This document shows, piece after piece, positions 1 through 9,188 of a DNA stretch of 64,000 nt (the stretch's first letter is position 1; each line of letters opens with the position of its first letter). Made by a program: the position numbers and the translations under genes. Origin of the DNA: an uncultured Gammaproteobacteria bacterium (GTDB taxonomy: Bacteria > Pseudomonadota > Gammaproteobacteria > Arenicellales > CAJQKF01); assembly GCA_965652415.1 (NCBI GenBank), contig CBFGVH010000002.1, forward strand, positions 17,325 through 81,324, written 5' to 3'. Below the pieces are notes generated by a model. It was not told where the DNA came from and ran no database searches. It was given only the letters and a program-made list of their open reading frames with translations.

Positions 1-326
1 CCGCAGTCGGCGTGGCGGCCCGGCAGGGTGACGTCGACGCCCTCGGCCTCGAGACGTCGCTCGATATTGGCGGTCGCGAGACGCTCGCCGCGCTCGCGGA
101 TCTTCTCCGCCAGTTGTTGCTTGAGCGCATTGACTTCCCGGCCGAACTCGCGCCGCTCGCCAGGGTCCAGGGAGGCGATGAGCTTGAGTTGCTCCGTCAC
201 CAGCCCCCTCTTGCCGAGGTAGAGCACGCGCAGTCGCTCCAGGGCGTCGCCATCGATTGCGCCCTCGACGGCCTCGACCGATTCGCGCGCGAGCGAATGC
301 AGGTTATCCAGCAGGGATTTGCTCAA
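1..326 (-). CDS. pheS: phenylalanine--tRNA ligase alpha subunit, N-terminal part (gene runs off the left edge)
   Basis: Hand translation of the minus strand from TTG (324-326) gives MSKSLLDNLHSLARESVEAV...LRVLYLGKRGLVTEQLKLIASLDPGERREFGREVNALKQQL...GVDVTLPGR, typical of the PheS N-terminal arm. AGGTGA Shine-Dalgarno lies 7 nt upstream. Conserved thrS-infC-rpmI-rplT-pheS order. Absent from the ORF track because it is truncated and starts with TTG. Confidence 0.85.
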   Translation of the reverse strand, partial: MSKSLLDNLHSLARESVEAVEGAIDGDALERLRVLYLGKRGLVTEQLKLIASLDPGERREFGREVNALKQQLAEKIRERGERLATANIERRLEAEGVDVTLPGRHADC

Positions 327-468
327 GGGGACTTCACCTGTAACGTGTCGGGTAACGGGACGCGGCGGACGCGGCCACCCGAGCGGTTCAGGCAGCATCC
401 CCGCTGCCTGAGTGGCCTTTGGCTGTTCCGGCGAAAGCCGACCGCGGCGGGCGGCCTCCGGGACGGGC

Positions 469-828
469 TCAGGCGGCGAGTGCCTCTTTCGCCTGGGTGG
501 CGAGTGCGCCGAATGCTTCTCGGTCGTGGACTGCGAGATCGGCCAGGACCTTGCGGTCGACTTCGATGTTGGCCTTTCGCAGCCCGCTCATAAATCGGCT
601 GTAGGAAAGGTCGAACTCGCGGGCGGCGGCGTTGATGCGCACGATCCACAGGGCGCGGAACTGGCGCTTGCGCTGGCGCCGGTCGCGGTACGCGTACTGG
701 CCTGCCTTGGCCACGGCCTGGGCGGCGACGCGGTAGACGTTCTTGCGCGCGCCGCGATAACCCTTGGCGCGCTCCATCACCTTCTTGTGACGGGCGTGGG
801 CGGTAACGCCCCGTTTTACTCTGGGCAT
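469..828 (-). CDS. rplT: 50S ribosomal protein L20
   Basis: 119-aa [20 protein letters not shown]...[25 protein letters not shown] matches the L20 signature. Sits between rpmI and pheS. Confidence 0.97.
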   Translation of the reverse strand: MPRVKRGVTAHARHKKVMERAKGYRGARKNVYRVAAQAVAKAGQYAYRDRRQRKRQFRALWIVRINAAAREFDLSYSRFMSGLRKANIEVDRKVLADLAVHDREAFGALATQAKEALAA

Positions 829-847
829 TTATGACCTCTTTGCACTA

Positions 848-1045
848 TCAGGCGTAAGGTAGCATCTGCTTGACGGATGCGTGATCCGCCTCGTCCACGA
901 GCAGGCCGTGGCGCAGATGGCGTTTTCTCTTGGTCGACTTCTTTGTCAGGATATGGTTCAGGTATCCCTGTGAACGCTTGAATCGACCGCTGGCCGTCTT
1001 CTTGAACCGCTTGGCGGCACCGCGGTTGGTCTTCAATTTGGGCAT
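848..1045 (-). CDS. rpmI: 50S ribosomal protein L35
   Basis: 65-aa [48 protein letters not shown] is canonical L35. Confidence 0.97.
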   Translation of the reverse strand: MPKLKTNRGAAKRFKKTASGRFKRSQGYLNHILTKKSTKRKRHLRHGLLVDEADHASVKQMLPYA

Positions 1046-1095
1046 GTCGGCTGCAATCTCCGGAAATCGTCTTCAAATGTCGAAACTGTCAGGAT

Positions 1096-1638
1096 TCACT
1101 GTCCCGCGGACCGGCGCTGCTCACGGCGAATCGGGTTGAGCACCATCACCATCTGGCGCCCCTCCATCTTCGGGTGCTGTTCCACCGTCGCGTACTCCTC
1201 GAGGTCGCGCTCGACCCGCTTGAGCATCTGCATCCCCAGTTCCTGGTGCGCCATCTCGCGACCGCGAAAGCGGAGCGTGACCTTGGCCTTGTTGCCTTCC
1301 TGGAGGAACTTGGCGAGCCGCTTGAGCTTGACGTCGTAGTCGCCGACGTCCGTACCGGGCCTGAACTTGACTTCCTTGACGACGATCTGTTTCTGCTTCT
1401 TGCGCGCCTCCTGCTTCTTCTTGCTGGCGTTGTACAGAAACTTTCCGTAATCCATGATCCGGCATACCGGCGGATCGGCGTTCGGGGATATTTCGACCAG
1501 GTCGAGTCCATCGTCGGCGGCGCGCTCGAGGGCCTCGACGGTGGGCAGGATGCCTACCTGCTCTCCATCGGAGCCGATCAGGCGAACCCGCGCAGCGGTG
1601 ATCTGGTCGTTGACCCGTTGTTGCTTGTCTTGCGCTAT
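1096..1638 (-). CDS. infC: translation initiation factor IF-3, inferred non-AUG (ATA) start
   Basis: The track ORF 1096-1455 starts inside the protein at ...[11 protein letters not shown]. Hand translation upstream continues in frame as [61 protein letters not shown]. There is no in-frame ATG/GTG/TTG. ATA at 1636-1638 lies 8 nt after a GAGGA SD and gives 180 aa, the E. coli IF3 length. Confidence 0.88.
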   Translation of the reverse strand: MAQDKQQRVNDQITAARVRLIGSDGEQVGILPTVEALERAADDGLDLVEISPNADPPVCRIMDYGKFLYNASKKKQEARKKQKQIVVKEVKFRPGTDVGDYDVKLKRLAKFLQEGNKAKVTLRFRGREMAHQELGMQMLKRVERDLEEYATVEQHPKMEGRQMVMVLNPIRREQRRSAGQ

Positions 1639-1672
1639 TGCTGTATTCCTCGTTGAATAAAATACGGCCGTG

Positions 1673-3568
1673 TTACGCGGCGGAAAGGATATCGACCGCG
1701 AATGTCTCGACGGACATCGCGCCCAGGTCCTTCCCTTCCCGCGTCCTCACGGCGACGGTGCGATCTGCCACCTCCCGGTCTCCGACGACCAGCAGGTAGG
1801 GAACTCTGTGCAATGTATGTTCCCGGATTTTATAGCCGATTTTCTCGTTCCTCAAGTCCAAAAACACCCTGACATTCTGTTTTTCAAGGATTTTTTGCAC
1901 TTCCCGGACCCAGTCGGCCTGGTGGTCGGTGATGGACATGACCACCGCCTGCCACGGCGCGAGCCACACGGGCAGGCGTCCCTCGGTCTCCTCGATCAGG
2001 ATCCCGATGAATCGCTCGATGGACCCGAGGATGGCCCGGTGGATCATCACCGGCACCTGGCGTTCGCCGTGCTCGTCGACGAACTTCGCGCCGAGGCGCC
2101 CGGGCATGAAGAAGTCGAGCTGGATGGTGCCGCACTGCCACGAGCGGCCGATGCTGTCGCGCAGGACGAACTCGATCTTGGGGCCGTAGAAGGCCCCCTC
2201 GCCGGGCTGCAGCCGGTAGTCGATACCCTTGGCGGCGAGGACCTCGGCGAGATCGTTCTCCGCCTTTTCCCACAGGGCGTCTTCGCCGACCCGGTTCTCG
2301 GGCCGGGTCGACAGCGCCACCTCGACTTCGGTGAAGCCGAAATCGCCGTAGACCCGGTAGGTCAGGTCGATCAGGGTGGCCACTTCCTCGGCGATCTGCG
2401 CCTCGCTGCAGAACACGTGGGCGTCGTCCTGGGTGAAGCGGCGCACCCGGAACAGGCCGTGCAGGGTACCGGAAGGCTCGTTGCGGTGAACCACGCCGAA
2501 CTCGCTGATACGGATCGGCAGGTCACGGTAGCTCTTCAGGCCCTGGTTGAAGATCTGGATGTGCCCGGGGCAGTTCATCGGCTTGATGGCGTACTCCCGG
2601 TTCTCCACCGAGGTGGTGAAGATGTTGTCCTGGAACTTGTCCCAGTGCCCGGAGCGCTCCCACAGCGAACGGTCAAGGATCTGCGGGGTGTGCACCTCCT
2701 GGTAGCCGTACTGGAGCGTGATCCGGTGCATGTAGTCGCGCACGACGCTGAACAGCGTCCAGCCGTCGCGGTGCCAGAACGCCATGCCCGGCGCCTCTTC
2801 CTGGAAGTGGAACAGGTCCAGTTCCTTGCCGATGCGCCGGTGGTCGCGCTTCTCCGCCTCCTCGAGGCGGGTCAGGTAGGCTTTCAGCGCCTTGTTGTCG
2901 GGCCAGGCAGTACCGTAGATCCGTTGCAGCATCTCGTTGCGCGAATCGCCGCGCCAGTACGCTCCCGCCAGCTTGGTCAGCTTGAAGGCGCCGAGCTTTC
3001 CGGTGCTCGGCACGTGCGGGCCCCGGCACAGGTCGACGAAGTCGTCCTGGCGGTACAGGGAGATTGCCTCGCCTGCCGGAATCGAGGCGATGATCTCGGC
3101 CTTGTATTCCTCACCCATGTCCCGGAAGTAGCGCACCGCCTCGTCGCGCGGCATCTCTTCGCGGCCGACCGGGTAGTCGGCGGCGGCGAGTTCGGCCATT
3201 CGCGCCTCGATTCTCTCGAGGTCCGCCTCGTGAAAGCCCTTCGGGTAGGCGAAGTCGTAGTAAAACCCGTCCTCGATCACCGGGCCGATGGTGACCTGGG
3301 CATCCGGAAAGAGCTGCTTGACCGCGTGGGCCAGCAGGTGCGCGGTCGAGTGGCGGATGACCTCGAGTCCCTCCGGATCCTGGGCCCTGAATATCTTCAG
3401 ATCGGCGTCGTCCTCGATCACGAACGACAGGTCGACCATGCGCCCGTTCACGGACGCGGCGACCGCGGCCCGGGCGAGTCCCGGGCCGATGTCTTCGACG
3501 ACGCGTGTTACCGGCACGGGCGCGTCGTACTTGCGCTTCGAGCCGTCCGGCAGTGTGATTTCGGGCAT
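1673..3568 (-). CDS. thrS: threonine--tRNA ligase
   Basis: [20 protein letters not shown]... TGS, editing and class II core motifs ([22 protein letters not shown]). The ATG at 3566-3568 is chosen because the first 35 codons of the track ORF overlap tRNA-Val. Confidence 0.95.
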   Translation of the reverse strand: MPEITLPDGSKRKYDAPVPVTRVVEDIGPGLARAAVAASVNGRMVDLSFVIEDDADLKIFRAQDPEGLEVIRHSTAHLLAHAVKQLFPDAQVTIGPVIEDGFYYDFAYPKGFHEADLERIEARMAELAAADYPVGREEMPRDEAVRYFRDMGEEYKAEIIASIPAGEAISLYRQDDFVDLCRGPHVPSTGKLGAFKLTKLAGAYWRGDSRNEMLQRIYGTAWPDNKALKAYLTRLEEAEKRDHRRIGKELDLFHFQEEAPGMAFWHRDGWTLFSVVRDYMHRITLQYGYQEVHTPQILDRSLWERSGHWDKFQDNIFTTSVENREYAIKPMNCPGHIQIFNQGLKSYRDLPIRISEFGVVHRNEPSGTLHGLFRVRRFTQDDAHVFCSEAQIAEEVATLIDLTYRVYGDFGFTEVEVALSTRPENRVGEDALWEKAENDLAEVLAAKGIDYRLQPGEGAFYGPKIEFVLRDSIGRSWQCGTIQLDFFMPGRLGAKFVDEHGERQVPVMIHRAILGSIERFIGILIEETEGRLPVWLAPWQAVVMSITDHQADWVREVQKILEKQNVRVFLDLRNEKIGYKIREHTLHRVPYLLVVGDREVADRTVAVRTREGKDLGAMSVETFAVDILSAA

Positions 3569-3612
3569 GGGAGAAAAAACAATCCCCGGCCGAACCGGGG
3601 AATACGGGTATC

Positions 3613-3687
3613 TGGTAGGCGCGAGTGGGATCGAACCACCGACCACTACCATGTCAAGGTAGTGCTCTACCACTGAGCTACGCGCCT
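3613..3687 (-). tRNA. tRNA-Val (anticodon GAC)
   Basis: Hand-folded cloverleaf from the reverse complement: AGGCGCG TA GCTC AGTGGTA GAGC A CTACC TTGACAT GGTAG TGGTC GGTGG TTCGATC CCACT CGCGCCT A CCA. Perfect 7-bp acceptor stem, encoded CCA. Confidence 0.9.
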
Positions 3688-3822
3688 GTCGCGCTCGCGG
3701 CCGGGGCGAACGCCTCGCGCGCGGCCGGCAAGGGCGCGGAAATTACCATGAAACATGCCGCCCGATCAACGGAAAATCCCCGGCGGCAGGGACGATCGGC
3801 GCGCTCCGGGTCCCGGCGGCGT

Positions 3823-5844
3823 TCAGACCGGCGCGTAGAAGGTCCGGCGCAGCTCGAGGATCTCGTCGCGCACCTTCGCGGCCTGCTCGAACTCGAGGTC
3901 GCGCGCGTAGGCGTGCATCCGTCGCTCGAGCTCGCCGATGCGGCGCGCGGCCTCCTCGGGACCGACCACCTCGGGTGGGGCCACCGGGCGGTCGCCGCGC
4001 CCGCCCTTGCGGGCCCGCGCCCTGCCCCGGGCGGTGCTGCCGGTGGCGTGGAGGCCGTCGATCATCTCGCGCACCCGTTTCTCGACCCCGCGCGGGGTGA
4101 TGCCGTGGGTCTCGTTGAAGTGCTCCTGCTTTTCGCGCCGTCGCGAAGTCTCGCCCAAGGCCTGGCGCATCGAATCGGTTTCCTCGTCGGCGTAGAGGAT
4201 GGCGCGCCCGTGCAGGTTGCGAGCCGCCCGGCCGATGGTCTGGATCAGCGAGCGCGTCGAGCGCAGGAAGCCTTCCTTGTCGGCGTCGAGCACGGCGACC
4301 AGGGCGACTTCCGGAATGTCGAGCCCCTCGCGCAGCAGGTTGATTCCGACCAGCACGTCGAAGGCGCCGAGCCTCAGGTCGCGGATGATCTCCACGCGTT
4401 CCACCGTGTCGATGTCCGAGTGCAGGTAGCGCACCCGAATGCCGTTGTCGTTGAGGAAGTCGGACAGGTCCTCGGCCATGCGCTTGGTCAACGTGGTGAC
4501 AAGCACCCGCTCGCCCCGCTCCACCGAGGCGCGAATCTCGGACATGAGGTCGTCCACCTGGGTGGCCGCCGGCCGTACCAGCACCACGGGGTCCACCAGC
4601 GCGGTGGGCCGCACGATCTGCTCGACCGGCGTGCCCGAGCGATTGAGTTCGTACGGTCCCGGCGTGGCGGAGATGAACATCGTCTGCGGCATCATCGACT
4701 CGAACTCGTCCATGCGAAGCGGCCGGTTGTCCAGCGCCGACGGCAGTCGGAAGCCGTACTCGACCAGGTTCTCCTTGCGCGATCGGTCGCCCCTGTACAT
4801 GGCGCCGATCTGCGGCACGGTGACGTGGCTCTCGTCGATGAACAGCAGCGCGTCCTTGGGCAGGTATTCCATGAGCGTCGGCGGCGGCTCGCCGGCGGCC
4901 CGGCCGGACAGGTAACGGGAGTAGTTCTCGATGCCGCTGCAGTAGCCGACCTCCTGCATCATCTCCAGGTCGTACAGGGTGCGCTGCTCGAGGCGCTGGG
5001 CCTCGACCAGCTTGCCGGCCTCCTTGAGTTCGGCGAGGCGCTCGCGCAGTTCCTCGCGGATCGCCTTGGCCGCCTCGACGATGGTGTCCCGGTGGGTGAC
5101 GTAGTGGCTCTTGGGATAGATGGTCCAGCGGGTGATGCGGTCGTCGTGCTCGCCGGTCAAGGGGTCGATCTGGCTCAGTTTCTCGATCTCGTCGCCGAAC
5201 AGTTCGATGCGCAAGGCGAAGCGTTCGGACTCGGCGGGAAAGACGTCGATGACGTCGCCGCGCACCCGGAACGTGCCGCGCTCTAGGACCATGTCGTTGC
5301 GGGTGTACTGCAGTTCCGCCAACCGCCGCAGCAGCTCGCGCTGGTCCAGCTCGCCGCCCTCGCGCAGGTGCAGGACCATGCGATGGTAGGAATCCGGGTC
5401 GCCGAGACCGTAGATTGCCGACACGGTGGCGACGATGACCACGTCGCGCCGCTCAAGCAGCGCCTTGGTCGCCGACAGGCGCATCTGGTCGATGTGGTCG
5501 TTGATCGACGCGTCCTTCTCGATGTACGTGTCCGTCGACGGCACGTACGCCTCGGGCTGGTAGTAGTCGTAGTACGAGACAAAGTACTCCACGGCGTTGC
5601 GCGGAAAGAAGTCGCGGAATTCGGCGTAAAGTTGGGCCGCCAGGGTCTTGTTGGGCGCCATCACCAGGGCCGGCCGCTGCTGGCGGGCGATGACGTGCGC
5701 CATGGTGAAGGTCTTGCCGGAGCCGGTCACGCCGAGCAGGGTCTGGAATGCCTCGCCGTCGTCGAGTCCCGCGCACAGGGAGTCGATGGCGGCTGGCTGA
5801 TCGCCTGCCGGGTCGAAGTCGCTGACGAGTTCGAAATCACGCAT
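3823..5844 (-). CDS. uvrB: excinuclease ABC subunit B
   Basis: 673 aa. Features: [20 protein letters not shown], Walker [11 protein letters not shown], helicase motifs, and a C-terminal UVR domain ([16 protein letters not shown]). Confidence 0.97.
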   Translation of the reverse strand: MRDFELVSDFDPAGDQPAAIDSLCAGLDDGEAFQTLLGVTGSGKTFTMAHVIARQQRPALVMAPNKTLAAQLYAEFRDFFPRNAVEYFVSYYDYYQPEAYVPSTDTYIEKDASINDHIDQMRLSATKALLERRDVVIVATVSAIYGLGDPDSYHRMVLHLREGGELDQRELLRRLAELQYTRNDMVLERGTFRVRGDVIDVFPAESERFALRIELFGDEIEKLSQIDPLTGEHDDRITRWTIYPKSHYVTHRDTIVEAAKAIREELRERLAELKEAGKLVEAQRLEQRTLYDLEMMQEVGYCSGIENYSRYLSGRAAGEPPPTLMEYLPKDALLFIDESHVTVPQIGAMYRGDRSRKENLVEYGFRLPSALDNRPLRMDEFESMMPQTMFISATPGPYELNRSGTPVEQIVRPTALVDPVVLVRPAATQVDDLMSEIRASVERGERVLVTTLTKRMAEDLSDFLNDNGIRVRYLHSDIDTVERVEIIRDLRLGAFDVLVGINLLREGLDIPEVALVAVLDADKEGFLRSTRSLIQTIGRAARNLHGRAILYADEETDSMRQALGETSRRREKQEHFNETHGITPRGVEKRVREMIDGLHATGSTARGRARARKGGRGDRPVAPPEVVGPEEAARRIGELERRMHAYARDLEFEQAAKVRDEILELRRTFYAPV

Positions 5845-5971
5845 GATTGCGGTGTGCAGAAAACACTGCTAAAAAGATTCAATTCTACGCCGTCGGGCGG
5901 CACCCGGCACGCGCCGGCACCGTTGCCCGCACGAAAGGATCCACGGACGGACGACAATCGGGACCCCAAGG

Positions 5972-6529
5972 ATGGAAGGCCGATCTCCTTGCTCTTCGCC
6001 GCCGGGCCGCGTTCGCGGCTTCTCGCTCCTCGAACTGCTCGTGGTCCTCGTGATCGCCGCCGTGGTGGCGGCCCTGGCGACGCCCGCGCTGAACTCGCTG
6101 CGGCGCCAGTTCGACCTCGCGGGCGCGGCCGACACGCTGCTCGAACACCTGAACCGCGCGCGCTCCCACGCAGTGACGAGCGGACGGAGAGTGACGGTGT
6201 GTCCCCTCGACGCAGGCGGTTGTGGTGGCGCAGGACACTGGAGTCAAGGCTGGATGGCGTTCGAGGACCATGATACCGACGGCGCCCGCGATACCGCCGA
6301 ACCGGTGCTGGTGCGCTACCGCAACGACCCGGATCGGGTCGCCGTGGCCTTTCGCAAGACCGGCGCCCACCTTTACTACCGCCCAACCGGTTACGGATGG
6401 CCTGCCGGCACGTTCCGTTTCTGCGCCGCCCGCGGCGGTGGTGCCGGGCACGCCGTCATCGTCGCATTGAACGGACGCCCGCGGCGAGCCGGGGATGGCG
6501 ATCCGCCGGTCGACTGTGTGCTGCCCTGA
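5972..6529 (+). CDS. fimT: GspH/FimT-family type IV minor pilin
   Basis: Prepilin motif G|FSLLELLVVLVIAAVVAALATPAL, then a FimT/GspH-like body (LRRQFDLAGAADTLLEHLNRARSHAVTSGRRVTVCP). The 16-aa leader is rather long, so the start is somewhat uncertain. Confidence 0.7.
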   Translation: MEGRSPCSSPPGRVRGFSLLELLVVLVIAAVVAALATPALNSLRRQFDLAGAADTLLEHLNRARSHAVTSGRRVTVCPLDAGGCGGAGHWSQGWMAFEDHDTDGARDTAEPVLVRYRNDPDRVAVAFRKTGAHLYYRPTGYGWPAGTFRFCAARGGGAGHAVIVALNGRPRRAGDGDPPVDCVLP

Positions 6530-6612
6530 GCGCCGCGAACGGGCGCACGCACGGTCGCCATCGCCCCTTGACCCTCCCCGGCCTTGAAAGTAGGATTCGC
6601 GTCTCCCGATTT

Positions 6613-6688
<76 letters not shown>

Positions 6689-6712
6689 ACTTCAAGGCAA
6701 CGGATCGCCCCC

Positions 6713-6739
6713 GCACGGCCGCCTCGCAGGCGGCCGTGC
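6713..6739 (+). terminator. perfect 11-bp stem hairpin just downstream of tRNA-Asn (no U tract)
   Basis: GCACGGCCGCC-TCGCA-GGCGGCCGTGC read directly. It is followed by CGCGTTGG rather than a T run, so terminator function is only inferred. Confidence 0.4.
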
Positions 6740-6954
6740 CGCGTTGGCGACCCGATTTCACCGACGCTGCACCATCCCGATACGCCCCCGCGACAGCACC
6801 GGTCGGTCGCTGGCAGGTATTCCGTCCGACGCCGCGGTTCGCGTGCGTGGCCCCGATCTCGCTGGTCAATATTTACCTTTCAACGGTCAGGGGAACCGGG
6901 TCATATTACACGCGACCGATTTCCAGCCTGTTGTGTTGATTTCCTGTTCGCACG

Positions 6955-7686
6955 ATGCAGAATACGACGAATGGGGGCATGAATATCCAACTATACGATC
7001 AAATCCACGCGTCCCGCCTGCTCGCCCTGGACTCCGACACGTCCGTGGCGAGGTTGGCCGAATCGGCGCAACTCGAACAGCGGGAGTTCGAAAGCGAGCT
7101 CGGCGAGCGGTGGGACATTCCCGCCGGCCTTTCCGCGACGCTCGCCAACAAGGCGGCGGCCGGCCGGATTCTCGGCCTCATTGCCGGCACAGAAGAAATA
7201 CTCGCACCCGTGCGAGCCCGCCACCGGCAGTTTCGCAAGCGGCTCGAGGCCGCGGAAACAGTCGCGGACGGCGCCGATCTCGAGCGTCTGGCGTCGATCT
7301 ACGACGTGCACCGGGACAAGTCCGTACCCGAACTGGTCAACCTGGCAACGCGGAACCTCGATGTCGCCAGGGCTACCCTGCTCTACCTGGGCGGCTGTGA
7401 CCGCTACGCAGTCACCGAGGTGGAAAAGGCCACGCTGCGATCCTGCATCGCCCGCCACGTGCTCGGCGAGGACTACGAAGACTATCGCCGCAACCGCGAG
7501 TTGTTCGACGTCATGGGTTCCTTCGTCAACGACCTCATCGACAAGTACATCGAACTCGAACGGCGCGTCGATACCCGCCGGCGAGAGCATGCCGAGGTGG
7601 TGGACATCGATCCACGATGGCGGCAGATGTACGAGCGCATCCTGGCGGACGCCCGGGTCAGGCCGGGTTCGGCGGCACTCGGCTGA
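6955..7686 (+). CDS. hypothetical protein (243 aa, no recognisable family)
   Basis: The long ORF has third-position G/C bias in this frame. An alternative ATG lies at 6979. I recognise no motif. Confidence 0.5.
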   Translation: MQNTTNGGMNIQLYDQIHASRLLALDSDTSVARLAESAQLEQREFESELGERWDIPAGLSATLANKAAAGRILGLIAGTEEILAPVRARHRQFRKRLEAAETVADGADLERLASIYDVHRDKSVPELVNLATRNLDVARATLLYLGGCDRYAVTEVEKATLRSCIARHVLGEDYEDYRRNRELFDVMGSFVNDLIDKYIELERRVDTRRREHAEVVDIDPRWRQMYERILADARVRPGSAALG

Positions 7687-7936
7687 CGACCTCCGCGGGC
7701 TTCCCTCCCCGGCGGTACCACATGGCGTGAACCGTCTCTCGCGTGCGGCGGTTCGTCACTTCGAGGCTGAATACCCGGTCCTCTCCCGACGGGCTGACTT
7801 CGAGCACCGCCCTTGATTGCCAAAGACACGTCACGGTGTTGTCCACCGGGGTCACGTGCAGGCACCTGCCATCGACAAGGACGAGGTCGTCGCCATCCAG
7901 CCTGACCCTGCTCAGTTCGATCGACTCGGCGTTCAT
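7658..7936 (-). CDS. hypothetical small protein (92 aa)
   Basis: The internal ATG at 7934-7936 is preceded by a strong SD (AAGGAGG, 6-nt spacer). Product starts MNAESIELSRVRLDGDDLVLVDGRCLHVTPVDN.... Its 3' end overlaps the 3' end of 6955-7686 by 29 nt (convergent). Confidence 0.45.
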   Translation of the reverse strand: MNAESIELSRVRLDGDDLVLVDGRCLHVTPVDNTVTCLWQSRAVLEVSPSGEDRVFSLEVTNRRTRETVHAMWYRRGGKPAEVVSRVPPNPA

Positions 7937-8125
7937 GACTTGCCTCCTTTGCCTGACGGTTCGACTCGCGTCGCTGTCGGCGCGGTAATCGCCGGTAGCG
8001 GCGCGCGGACGGGCACGACAGGCCGCCGCGCGCAGGGTCATGCTGTACGAACCGGCGGAATCTTTCCGTGATTCACTTCACATTACGGCGGTTTGCGCGG
8101 GCGCAAGGTCTACCCGCGTCGGGGG

Positions 8126-8884
8126 TCAATCGGACCGAGGTGTACCGGCGGCCTCTATTCGGGCGGGGTGGACGACGATGCTGCGGCCCTCGAGGTGAAT
8201 CATGCCGCGATCCTCGAGCGTGTGCAGCACCTGGCCCGCCATCTCGCGCGAGCAGTTGACGATGCGGCCGAGTTCCTCGCGGGTGATCCGGATCATCTTG
8301 CCTTCCGGGTGGGTGATTGCGTCGCCGGCCCCGGCGAGCTCCATCAGTGTGCGGGCGATTCGTCCGGTGACGTCCAGGAAAGCCAGGTCGCTCAGCTTCT
8401 CGCTGGTCTTGCGCAGGCGCACCGCGAGCTGACGGGTGAGTTCCATGAGCAGGTCCGGGTCCTCGTGAATCAGGGCCCGGAACTGCGGAAACCCCACGAC
8501 GGCGAGTTCACAGTTGGTTCGCGCGATCACCGTGGCGCTGCGGCGGAGTCGTTCCTCGAACATGCCCATCTCGCCGAAGAACTCGCCCGGGTTGAGGTAG
8601 TGGAAAACCAGCCGCTGTCCGAGTTCGTTATAGACCTCCGCAGTCACCGAACCCCGCATGACATAGTACACTTCCTCGGACACCGTTCCCTGCTGAACGA
8701 TGATCTCCTTCGCCCGGTATTGCCGAAACACGGACGCAGCCAGCATTTTTCGAATCGGCGCAGGCGCCTCGGCGGGTTGTACGCGATAATTCAACCTTGT
8801 CTCTCTCTGTCGTTGTTGGTGTCGGCGCGATCCGTTGTGCCCCGGTTCGTCCTCGCATCGCGGCCATTCGAGTGACGGGTTCAA
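8126..8884 (-). CDS. crp: Crp/Vfr-like cAMP receptor transcription factor (start uncertain)
   Basis: Aligns by eye to E. coli CRP over its length: FGEMGMFEERLRRSATVIA (cAMP Glu/Arg/Ser), RLRKTSEKLSDLAFLDVTGRIARTL, and HTH ITREELGRIVNCSREMAGQVLHTLEDRGMI. The N-terminal 48 aa of the ORF look non-homologous. An alternative TTG lies near 8794. Confidence 0.8.
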   Translation of the reverse strand: MNPSLEWPRCEDEPGHNGSRRHQQRQRETRLNYRVQPAEAPAPIRKMLAASVFRQYRAKEIIVQQGTVSEEVYYVMRGSVTAEVYNELGQRLVFHYLNPGEFFGEMGMFEERLRRSATVIARTNCELAVVGFPQFRALIHEDPDLLMELTRQLAVRLRKTSEKLSDLAFLDVTGRIARTLMELAGAGDAITHPEGKMIRITREELGRIVNCSREMAGQVLHTLEDRGMIHLEGRSIVVHPARIEAAGTPRSD

Positions 8885-9188
8885 TGATTGTTTGACCGTC
8901 CCGGAATGTCAATCAGACCCGTTTCGACATGCGGCTCGAGTCTCGATGAGAGCCGCGCCGGAACCTTTCCCGGACGCCGGCGGTTCAAGCCTTCGCGTTG
9001 ATCGCGCCGAGTATTGAAGCCGGGATTTTGAACGCGGTATTCTTCATACCGGCTGCCGAGCCGGTTCGCAAGCGAGAACGATTAACGTTCGAAGCCCGGG
9101 TTGCGCCATTGCCTCCCGATATTACCCCGGTGTCGAGTCGCAACATAAGGATGGATCGGGCATACGGACGGTTCGAGGGCTCGGAGCC

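Noticed and set aside
327-468. pheST-type attenuator or leader peptide between rplT and pheS. An 8-bp hairpin CAGGCAGC-N6-GCTGCCTG lies at 389-410.
   Set aside because: There is no Phe-rich leader ORF and no U tract after the hairpin. The evidence is insufficient to call an attenuator or terminator.
1670-3676. 668-aa plus-strand ORF opposite thrS. The same pattern applies to 3625-5286, 15200-17284, 25798-27405, 31630-32835, 32959-34506, 49023-51164 and 59754-61862.
   Set aside because: All are antisense or out-of-frame shadows of confidently identified genes (thrS, uvrB, the cluster genes, recO/era, ccmC, ccmF, SARP-STAND, dctM/ABC). None has a recognisable motif.
8886-9095. Short inverted repeats in the crp/cyclase divergent spacer (TTGAC-N11-GTCAA at about 8893-8913; GAACG-ATTAA-CGTTC at 9076-9090) as possible operators.
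   Set aside because: The arms are only 5 bp and the spacings match neither CRP nor FNR consensus. This is within chance expectation.
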